From Octopus sinensis (lineage: Eukaryota), in NCBI RefSeq assembly GCF_006345805.1, contig NC_043016.1:32912115-32976114 (forward strand): DNA of 64,000 nt, written 5' to 3'. Positions 52,503 to 64,000 of this stretch are shown piece by piece (position 1 is the first letter of the stretch; each line of letters starts with the position of its first letter). The notes beneath the pieces are model-generated. The model saw only the letters and a list, made by a program, of their open reading frames with translations, searched no databases and was not told the origin of the DNA. The position numbers and the translations under genes were made by a program.

Positions 52503-55500
52503 AAAGAACAGTAGCAGACACAAAGGATGACCAAAGCTGAGGTTTAAGGACATATATAAGAGCAGTCTGACCAAGTGCTACATCAATACAAAAACTTGGG
52601 GAAAAGTTAGCTGAGGACAGAACAGCATGGAAAACCTCAGTGAACAAAGGAGTCAAACAGCTTGAGGAAGACAAAATGCTGGCCCTAGAAGCAAAATGCC
52701 AAAGAAAGAAAGACAATACACTACAGTCCTGCAGCACCTTCCTTGCTTGCAGATTTTGCAACAGAACTTGCTCATCACACATAGGAAGGATTAGCTATGA
52801 GAGAAGCTGCAGGAAGAAGACTACAAGTACTTAAGACATTCTCCGCTGCTTAGACTGTCTGTCAAGAGGTAAAGAGCTGAATAGTAAAAGGCCATGGCTT
52901 GAACTTTGTATTCCATTATTACATCTGTTAGGTATGTTTCAGTATTCAGTAATTAAATGATGTCACTCTATAAATATAATCCATACAGGGTCACAAACGT
53001 GCAGGTAAAGGCCAGTGGGAACAGAGTTGCAGGGGAAACAAGGAGAGATAGGGGTTGGACACAGACACTTCCTCAGAAATGTAAGCCAGTGTAGATAAAA
53101 AATAGGGGTCGGTCTCTGATTGGAAATGTGGGATCTAAGTCAAATTATATGACCTTAGTAGAAGAAAGATAGCCAAGTGACTAGATATTGCATCTAAATG
53201 GTAGGCAAAGAGGACAAGGTTTTTAAATAACCACACCACTACATTCTGATAGATGCACATAGCTATACACCAATGTACATGCATACAAATGCACAGATAC
53301 ACGCAAGAAGACACACACAGGTACATGTACACACATACTTGTATGCATATATATATATATATATAATTAATCCAAAATGGAAAACACAACAACGCGAGGA
53401 CGTGGAACAAGTATAGTGTTATTGGACGCTCAGGAAAGGAAAGAAAGAAGGAGGATTTAACGTTTCAAGTGGAGCTCTTCATCAGAAACATAGGAAAAGG
53501 AAAGATCCAAGGAAGGGATGACAGAGGAAAAAGATCGCCAACAATACACACGCGATCTGTACATATTATTATCATCATTTAGTATCTGTTTACCATGCTG
53601 GTATGGGTTAGATGGTTTCACTGGAATCAGTAAGCCGGAAAGCTGCACCATATTCCAGTCTATTTTGCCTCGGTTTCTATGGCCTGATGCCCTTCCTAAT
53701 GCCAACCACTTCATAGAGTGCACTCAGTGTCTTTTATGTGTCAGAAGCACAGGCCACAACTGCATTAGGTTTGAATAAAAGATGAGATGGCCATGACTTC
53801 GAATGTCTTGAATACAAAATTATCTCAATCAAGAGTGACTGAGAGTGGGGGGGGGGGTGAAGGCATGCAGAAAGAATAACAAGAGAGGGAGGAAAGGTAT
53901 TGGACAAGGTTAAAATTCTAGTAACAGAAGAAAGATGGAAGAAAAAGAGAGAAGAAAAAGAGGATGACAAAGAAAGAATCAGAATTTCACAACCTCAAAA
54001 GCTAAAGGACTGGCTGGCCAGAAATGCTCATGATATAAAGAAGAATGTAAAAAATTTTGAGCTGAAGTAGTTACTTTCTACAACAGATGTTCAGTGTATT
54101 CATTGGATAAGTGGGTGAAACCAACGAAAGTGTTTTCGGGATTCAAGTGGATGACCTTGAGCAAGATACTTAATTGGAGTTTTGTGTCAATATTTGGTAG
54201 ATAAGCAGTAGAGGTTTAATGACATGAAGAGTTAGTAACTTGAAGTAGGTTTTACAAAATTACAAGAGTGATGAGAAATTCAGTAAATTGCTAGTACATA
54301 AAAAATGGACCAAATATTTTGAAAAATCAAATATTGAATGCTGCTCAGAGAGGTTCAGAATTGCACAACTTTTCCTTGCTGTAGCAACCCAAAATGCAAA
54401 CACAAGTTGAGTTTTTCACTGATGTAAATTCAGTGGACAAAGGAAAGGAACAATAGTATTGAAGGTTATTCTATGAGGTTAATCATATATAGTAAAAATT
54501 TCATGACACATCTTGCAGTGACTTCTTCACCTTTTAAAAATCCAAATTAGGCAATGCTGAAAACATCAGATCTACAGAAAAATATCTTTGAAAAAAAGAT
54601 ATATACAAGTTATTAAAGCCAATGGAGGTTATATAAAGTATCAGATGGCATTCAGTGGATTTTTTTTTTCTTGTATTTTTAAAAGTTTTTATGAAAAAGT
54701 TCTTGACAGGAGACTACACCAAGCTCTAGTGTTTGCCTTGACATGATTTTTATGGTTTGATGTCTTTTCTAACACCAACCACTTTATAAAGTGTACTGAG
54801 TGCTTTTTATGTGGCACCATCACCAGTGAGGTCACTAAGTAACTTGCAATATTCCTCAGCTGAAGAGGAGTGAGTATTGAGGGACAGAAACAGGAGTCTT
54901 ATAGTAGAAGAGAAACATGGCTGTTGAGTGAGAGAGGGGGGCATTAGGAAGATACATTTTGGGTAATTATACTTACATTTATTTGTTGATATAATTCATT
55001 CTGAAAATTTGTTTCTTTTTTTTTGTTTATTTTTTTAGCTTCTACTGTATGTTGGCCATGGAAGGCTGCAGTGATTGACAGTGGAAGTATACTGGGTTCT
55101 GCTTGTTCCGATATGACAACCCTAACCAGGAGCACAGCTAGGTTCTAAAATCAAGGTGAGCGAACACATAAAAAGAAAAGAAGGCACCATACACATACCA
55201 AACAATTTTTATCTCATTGATTAAGACATCTTATAAAAGGTGCCAATTTTGAAAAATGTGCTTGGCAGGAATGGTCACTCTCCTTAGTTATGCCACTGAT
55301 CCTAAAACACACATATGCACACACACACATGCACACACACGTGCACACACAAACACACAGGGGGTGGGACACAATGAGTTTTTACTGCACTTCTGAATTT
55401 TAGAAAAAATATATTTCACAAATGTTCACTACTTTACAAAAACTATATCAGCTAAGCAAATGATCTTCGCTAAATGCATTAAAAACAAATATAAGATAAT

Positions 55501-55861
55501 CTGAACACTATTTCAGAAAATTATCACCATTCTCTTTGAGTAAATAAAAGAAAACTTTAGCTGGGGAAAAATTAGTAAGCCAAAATAAAGTAAATTTGCT
55601 GCTTCAATTCTTAGGAATTACATTTGAAAAAGACTCATCACATCAATATCCATCCTTAAAAGGATCAGAAATGTAACAGAAATTAAAAATGGTGCAGGAG
55701 TGGCTGTGAGGTATGTAGCTTGCTAACCAACCACATAGTTCTGGGTTCAGTCCCACTGCGTGGCATCTTGGGCAAGTGTCTTCTGCTATAGCCCCGGGCC
55801 GACCAATGCCTTGTGAGTGGGTTTGGTAGACAGAAACTGAAAGAAGCCTGTTGTATATATG

Positions 55862-55896
<35 letters not shown>

Positions 55897-56412
55897 TTGT
55901 CTCCCTGGCATTGCTTGACAACCGATGCTGGTGTGTTTACGTCCCCGTCACTTAGCGGTTCGGCAAAAGAGACCGATAAAATCAGTACTGGGCTCGACTA
56001 AAAGCGGTGCTCCAGCATGGCTGCAGTCAAATGACTGAAACAAGTAAAAGAGTAAAAGAGAGAAAGGATCATGGAAAAATGGCACATGTTATGAAATTAA
56101 TGAAACTTGAATAAAAAAACAATCTCAACATAAAATATTCTCTATAGCTTCTTCATAATCTGCTGGAGTGGCTCTCTTAAGTTGAGGAAAAATTTCTTGA
56201 CGAAAAGTACTTGTCACCTGACTATGTTTCAGACTCTCTCAACTTCAACAACTATGCTAACAAATGTTTACTCCTAAACACGATGCAATAATTGCAATGT
56301 AGTGACTTTAAACAGGTAGGGAGAAAATAAGGAGAAATCAAAATTTACTCATTTTATCCCAGTTGCCATCTAATTTTGCACCCTGCCCTATATAAAAGAA
56401 TATATATATATA

Positions 56413-57330
56413 TTAAAAACAGGCTTTGAACCCATAGTAACATTCACGACAACTTCGATGTTACAATGGTTTCTTCTGACTCTACCCAGATCATTGATAT
56501 AGTGGGCCTATTTCTACTTTCGAAAATTAGGGATGAGTTCCCAAATATCGGTGGAGGTCTATACAGGGACGATGCCTTACTTGCTATATCTGGCTCTTCA
56601 CTAGAAACAATAGATAGAATTAAGAAAAAAATTAATCAAATTTTTTAAAGTAGATAATTTAGAGATTATGTTTGAAAATACCACTAGAATTATTAACTTC
56701 TTAGATGTAATACTAAACTTAGATAATGGGCTATTTTATCCCTACAAGCCAAATAAATTTAACCATGCATTGTCAAACCATCCCCAAAGTATTATTAATG
56801 GAGTCATCAAGGGAATGTCAATTAGAATTTCCAACCTATCATCAAACCAAGAGATTTTCTATAATGTGACGCCTATTTATAACACAGCCTTAAAGAATAG
56901 TGAATTCATGTAAAATATATATTATATCAAGAATACACTATTCAAATACAAATCAGGTAAGCTCTTTCCATTGATACCCTGTCCATAAACAACCCTTCTG
57001 AACAACAGGATGCCTCTCACTTTAGAAGATATCCAATTTATTCTAACTGTTCTTGTTACAATAATAAGCATAGGCAAACTGGAAATAAAACAGCGAGAAA
57101 ATGGGAAGTTATCTGGTTTAACCCCCACCTTTCTCCCTCAGGCCAAAAACCTCCCTAAATTATTTGTTTGTGTTATTTACAAGAACTTTGCTGTGGACCA
57201 TAAATACCACCCCATTTTTAATAGATCCTGTCTCAAACTATCATATTCATCTACGCCAAATCTAGGATCGAAAATCACAGGGAATAATAAATTTAAGCTT
57301 AAGAATAATGGGAATACAGATAGTCTTAAT

Positions 57331-57367
<37 letters not shown>

Positions 57368-57890
57368 TAATAATAATAATAATAATGATAATAATAATAA
57401 TAATAATGAACACAGATAATAAACATATAAATGTAAGGGAGCAGAATAAAGCTTGTAATTTCTGGAACTATTAATGAACCAAACAAGGTATACATAAGGA
57501 GCACAACCGATTTTAAGACAAGATATAGGGGGCATATCAGCTCATTCTCAAATCCAGGAACAAAAAATTCAATGGCACTCGCTACATACATTAATGAACT
57601 AAAAACACGAAATAACAACTTAAACTGGTCTATTATAATGGAAACCACTCCATATAAGACGCATACCAGAAAGTGTAAGTTACGTACTAAGGAAGAGTTA
57701 CATACTAAGGAAGCAATGCATCTTTACCTTCTGACCGGCAGATTTAGAAAATAATTTTTTGTAACTAAACACTTTCAAACTTCGTATACTGGTAGAATGT
57801 GTCATATAAAATATCTTTTACTGTTAGCGTTTTTGAGAAAAATTTATATTTAAGAAGTTATTTCGTTTTAAAGTTGTTGTATTTCGGTAA
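56413..57890 (+). mobile_element. Penelope-like element 2, right-arm copy
   Basis: Mirror of 8560-10036; ORFs 56466-56648 and 56668-56913. Confidence 0.8.
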
Positions 57891-57996
57891 TTTCAACCAA
57901 TCAATGATGTGCATTCAGCTGAATAAAATTACTGCCATTGTTTGTCAGCAACAACTATTGGTGGTGTATTTTTCGTTTGTCACTGTTATTTTACTG

Positions 57997-58604
57997 ATGG
58001 GCTGAGGATAATAGTATGCAATTTAATGCTGAAATATTCCAAGCCCTGCGCTACCGGCATCCAAAACTCAATATGAAACTTACAGGGTTCACTGGCCCAC
58101 AGGGAATTTCAATCCCAGGGCCTAAATCAGTGACGGACCTGGGTATCAACATGAGTGATGATACCTCTTTCCAAGTGCACATTACCAGGATGTCGACAAA
58201 GTGCAGGCGACTGGCTGCATGGATCCTGAGAACATTCAGAACCAGAGATAAGGAACCCATGATGGTCCTCTGGCGGACATTCGTCCTCAGCCACCTGGAT
58301 TACTGCTCATAGCTATGGTCACCCAACAGAGTGAAATTCACAGCGGACCTTGAAGCAATCCAACGAAGATTCACAAACAAGATCATCTCTTTGCAACTGC
58401 TAAGCTACTGGGAAAGGCTGAAACAGCTAAGACTCTACTCTCTGGAGCGAAGGTGGGAGAGGTATGCAGTAATATACATCTGGAAGATCCTGAAAGGAAT
58501 TGTGCCAAATTTTGACATTGAAAGCTACAGTAATGCCAGAACAGGTCAACACTGCATAGTGCCAAAGATCCCAGCAATGCCATTGCGCTTCAGGACCAGT
58601 TACC
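57997..58604 (+). mobile_element. CR1-like RT C-terminal fragment, right-arm copy
   Basis: Mirror of 7845-8453; ORFs 58016-58312 and 58331-58702. Confidence 0.8.
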
Positions 58605-58876
58605 ATCGGTTGTCAAGCAATGTTGGCAGGACAAACACAGACACACAAACATATACACACACATACATAAATATATACATATATACGACGGGGCTGTTTT
58701 AGTTTCCGTCTACCAAATCCACTCACAAGGCTATAGTTAGCCAGAGGCAATAGCAGACACTTGCCAAGGTGCCATATATAAATGTTTATATACATATATA
58801 CGCATTATATATATATATTATATAAATATTTATATATATGTAAACATTTATATATATATATATATATGTGAATATT

Positions 58877-58908
<32 letters not shown>

Positions 58909-59519
58909 ATATATAATATATATATATATTATATATATATATATATATATATGTGAAATAGAAAGATGAATAATCTTGTAGTAGATTAATCAAAAGTTTA
59001 ACCGATACCTTGGTAGCAAAAATCACAGCAGAAAACAGCACGGTTGGAGGTACAACCATATGGTGTTGCAACCGTGCGTTGGTGCGGATAATTGAAATTA
59101 AAATATTATTGGTGAATTGAAGAAATGGAGCTGAACGAAGATTGAACAGAAATCGTTTTATTTCATTCTACACGTGTTTCGAAAGGCACAATTTACCAAA
59201 ATCCGATTGAATAATGAGACCATATTGTGTCTTTCTCTTCAGGAAGAAATAGGAAATCCGTTGGAAAAAACAAAAACAGAACAGAGGCGGAGCAAAACAA
59301 ATCGAACTAGGCTCCTAAGAGCCCATGGCAAAACTGTTTATCAGTGTATGTTGAGAACCGGTGGCTGAAGATTTTAACGGGTCAGGCAGCGGTCAATCAT
59401 GTGGGTGAGGGTGTGTAGATGTTCTTTGTGACCGAGAATAAAGTTCTGACTATTTAAGGAATATTGGATGTTTTATAAGGGGCGAGAAAAAATCTACTTA
59501 GAGACATGTGTGTGTATAC

Positions 59520-61642
59520 TGTTCTATATATGTGTGTGCTGGCGTAGGGGTAGAAAACATTTTTTGTGTACGTGTGTGCGTTTGATCGCTCGGCTGTCAG
59601 TGGCTAAGCCGCTCTCCACAATGGCTACTGCAGTAAGAACCGTTGGGTGGCAGAAAAAAATATATATTATGTTTTATGTGTGTGTGTGTTCGTCTGAGCC
59701 TGCCTTGTCAAGGTAACCCCCCGTTGTCAAAAAACCAAGCCCCGTTTATCTTACAGGAGTAATTCCCCTTGCAGTGGTCAATCGTAAATATCTTAAAGGC
59801 TATTTCAGAATTGTTCTATATATGTGTGTGCTGGCGTAGGGGTAGAAAACATTTTTTGTGTACGTGTGTGCGTTTGATCGCTCGGCTGTCAGTGGCTAAT
59901 GGCTACTGCAGTAAGAACCGTTGGGTGGCAGAAAAAAATATATATTATGTTTTATGTGTGTGTGTGTTCGTCTGAGCCTGCCTTGTCAAGGTAACCCCCC
60001 GTTGTCAAAAAACCAAGCCCCGTTTATCTTACAGGAGTAATTCCCCTTGCAGTGGTTAATCGTAAATATCTTAAAGGCTATTTCAGAATTTGTTACCAAG
60101 GGCTATGGGTGCCGGTATTATTTATAAACGCTATTTAAAAGCCAGATAAGTGTAACGCCGCCAATGGGGGCATCGAAAAGCCGACTGTAAAAGTCCGTTT
60201 ACCATCCGGCCTCTGGCAAACAAAATATGGAAGAGTTCGGAGACACAAAGGTTGCACTGCCTTCTGCCCCTATCAAATGGGAGGGCCACCGACAAAATTG
60301 ACCATTCCAGCCTGTAGCTTGAGTTCGTATCCTTCAGTCGCCATATTAGCTTGCTGAGTCCCGTGGTCTGGCGCTTGTTCATGTCCCGAAAAGTTGCGTA
60401 ATGGTTGGAGACTCGCAAAGCCAATCCTGACGATGAGGCCCCTACATAAGTGAAGACATCTGAGTCCGTGTAAACCTTGCATTGGTAGACGGCGTTTTTG
60501 ATCTTGGAGTTCGCCGACGTGAATCTTATTCTGCTAGGATTAGTTTCTGAAATTAGAACTGCGTTCCTGTCACTATATTCGTTCCGAGAACTGCAGCCGC
60601 TTACTACTCTATTTTCCACTACGTCACTATTAACTATAGGAATAACCCCTGATTCTCCACTATCTATCAGAGTGCTGTCATTGCTAGTGCCCGTGGTGCT
60701 GCTATTGCGGGAAATGATGCTGGGGATGCTATTGGGGCTCTCTACCCTACTCCCATTGTTACCGTCAACCACAACACCCCTATTTATAACTATACCCCTA
60801 GTGGGTACTCCCTGGCTGGAGCTGAGATTATGTGTCACTGTACTGGCTCTCATATCATTATTACTACTATAATTATTCCTACTGAGCATTAAACCGGGAG
60901 CGGAAGAGGCTGAGCCTCCGGAAAAAGGTGATAGGGTCTTAGTAAGTAGCCTATTATTATGGGATGCGATTATCTGGGCGAGGTTTTTAGTGTTGGAGAA
61001 AGCTATCCTAACTTTATGCGAGTTAACTGTGGAGTAATATTTGGAATTTCTGGGGAAGTTATTGGCGATGGCTTGTCTAAACATGAGGGGGAGGTTAGTT
61101 CTAATCTGCTTACCAAAGGGAATTACAAACCATATATGCTTATTCCTATCTGTGTGATGGGTCGGGACGCCAGCACTCGCATTCGGGTGGGTGATTCTCG
61201 GATGAATAACGGGTCTTGGGTTAGTGTAAGATCTCCCGGACCGATAATTATCCTTGTTCACTAAATTAAAGGCTTATGGTAAGGGCAGTATGAGTCGCTA
61301 TTAAGGTTAAGCGTAACGTCTAGGAAATTAGCCTTGGTGAGTTCATTATCAAAAACTATACTCATGCCCATTCTATTAAAAAACCTAGCTAACCTGCTCT
61401 TAGTTTTCTGCACTATTCTGTTCGTGGTGTTTTGCAGGTAAAACAGACAATCGTCACGATACAGGCCGCCCGCGATCTCCGGGAATTGGTCGGACAATTC
61501 GTAGAGAATATATATTCCGACCAAATCGGCTATCTGCGCACTATCCGAACTACCCATAGGCACATCAAATTCATTGGGAGTATCTTTACGGATCCACAAC
61601 TTATTATCAAACTTAATAAACGATTTCCTGGCAACTAAAATG
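59520..61642 (-). mobile_element. Penelope-like element 1, right-arm copy with two pseudo-LTR units
   Basis: ORFs 61261-61668 and 60131-61261 nearly identical to the left copy; pseudo-LTR units start at ~60090 and ~59812. Confidence 0.88.
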
Positions 61643-62774
61643 ATATATATATATATATACACACACATATATACATATATATATATATAATATATATATA
61701 TAATATATATATATTATATATATATATAAATATTTATATTTTTATATATATATAAATATTTATATTTATATATATGAATATTTATAGTTATATCTCTCTA
61801 TATATAAAACTGAGAATGTGTGTCTATCTGTCTGTCTGTGTGTTTGCCTAAAACTTGAGAACTACACAACCAATTTCATTCAAATTTTACACATGCCTTA
61901 CTTAGGATCCATGTAGTTTCATGAGCAAAAAAATGTTCAACTTGCCTAGGGCGAGCCCATAGCAATATCATATCTTCTCCACTGTTTCAGTATTACATGT
62001 TAAAAGTGAAACAAAAACATTTCTCTATTTTATGTCTGATACTTTCACTTTAACAATAAAAATTAGAGATTATAGTAACAATTGAGTTATATGTAGTAAG
62101 TAATAATTAAAATCAAAAGAAAGTATAATATAACCGTAACATAACAAAAGTAAAAATAGCAATTGCTATAAAATTGCATCAATGACTTGAACTTGAATAA
62201 GTGGTTTGACATGAATGGGAATAAATTAAAAATATAATTAGTGCGCAGAAATGGAGTAGTCCATTAAATTAAAGAAAAGACTATTGTCTATAAAGTACAC
62301 AATGTAGAGAAAAAAAAAGATTTGAACACCTGAAGGAAAGCACCATCGAAAAGTGTCTTGGTGCGAGTATGAAAGATATCAAGTATCTAACCAGAGGCAG
62401 TAAATTTGCCACAATAGAAGCAAGGTTCAAGTCAACAGAGCGTGCAAGGGAGTACTCGAGTCGAACCTTGGAAAGTGGAAATATTTTATTTTTACCTTTA
62501 TATCTGGGATGTAGGACGTCCCGGATAAAAATTTAAAATGCCACCCCAGAAGTAGAGGTAGGCTGGATTGTAACCACACTTCTATACAAGAGGGAGGACA
62601 AGATACAATTCATCAAATTACAAGAGGCAGGATTACAATTCCAGTCTGTTATACATTTTGAGTATTGTTATCACTAGCGATATCAAGATATAACTTTGTA
62701 TTTTATATTTTATGTGTAGATGTATATATATATAGATGTACACATATATAATGCTAGTATATATATAAATATTT

Positions 62775-62865
<91 letters not shown>

Positions 62866-63441
62866 TATCGTATTTAGGAATGGTCATTTTGCCAGTTTAG
62901 CCAATAAAAACACACGCACTATATATTTGGTGTTACTTTGCTTCAGTGTTATTTCTTTTTTACATTAATCTTAATCTTATTTCGGCCAGAGTTCTTTCGT
63001 CATACTCATGTGACCGCATCAGTGGTCCTTTGTTTTCTTCTTACTTTTTTGTGTAAGGAGAGACACAAATAAGTAAGAAGAGAACAAAGGACCACTGATG
63101 GCGCAATGGCCTAGTGGTTAGGGCAGCGGACTTGCGGTCGGAGGATCGCGGTTTCGATTCCCAGACCGGGCGTTGTGTGTGTTTATTGAGCGAAAAATCA
63201 CCTAAAAGCTCCACGAGGCTCCGGCAGGAGGTGGTGATCCCTGCTGTACTCTTTCACCACTCTAAAGGCAGTGCTCCAGCATGGCCGCAGTCAAATGACT
63301 GAAACAAGTACAAAAAAAATATATATATAGTGCATGTGTTTTTATTGGCTAAACTGGCAAAATGACCATTCCTAAATACAACAATATCTGTTTCAACGCA
63401 CGACTTCACATAAAAAATCTTGCACAACAAATATTTAAACG

Positions 63442-63535
<94 letters not shown>

Positions 63536-64000
63536 GAAAGAAGGTTTGGAAATGCAATTTTAAAAGATGTTTATTTACTTTACCGGTTTCACTCTTTGGA
63601 AAAAGATTGTCAAAAGTAACATGTAGAAGTTTGGTTGCGTTAATTATTGGTTGTTACAAAATGCTACATTACATATATACAGTCTTTGGTAACAAGGACA
63701 TGTTAAGGACATAAAAATTTGAACAAGTTCCCAAAAATATTGGGCACAAAAGATTACAACATAAATAATCATTCTCAGGAACATGTGAAGGATAGTTTCC
63801 GGAAGGAATTATTAAAAAGTTCAGTAGGATATTGGTATTGTATTTGTATATTCAAACACGCACAGAATATTGGTTGACACAGAGTACTACAATACATATA
63901 TATATACATTCTTTGGTGACAAGAGCTTGTTAAGAACATAAAAATGTTTAACAAGTTCATTGAAATATTAGGCACAAAAGATTACAACAAATATATTATA

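Overview
Eukaryotic, AT-rich, repeat-saturated DNA. The SINEs, microsatellites and LINE families look cephalopod (Octopus-like); that assignment is inference. The window is dominated by a giant inverted duplication: the left arm (~2099-25361) mirrors the right arm (~40263-64000), which runs off the window edge. The arms surround a ~15 kb spacer made of retroelements: an L1/Tx1 fragment, a third RTE copy carrying a Gypsy provirus, and a CR1-like LINE. The only cellular gene I can support is a 342-aa type II membrane nucleotide-diphospho-sugar transferase (PF03407/GT77-like) with a single-exon CDS, present once per arm and convergently oriented. The non-coding arm sequence is almost identical, yet the two CDSs differ at 32 amino acids with only 3 silent codon changes, each next to a replacement. 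This suggests selection holding two enzyme variants apart against arm-to-arm gene conversion, or two strongly diverged alleles if the arms are mis-assembled haplotypes. Other notable structures are a third RTE copy that exposes conversion tracts, a CR1 LINE flanked by a ~2.65 kb direct duplication, and a 777-bp foldback element built from two inverted Gypsy-type LTR 5' ends.
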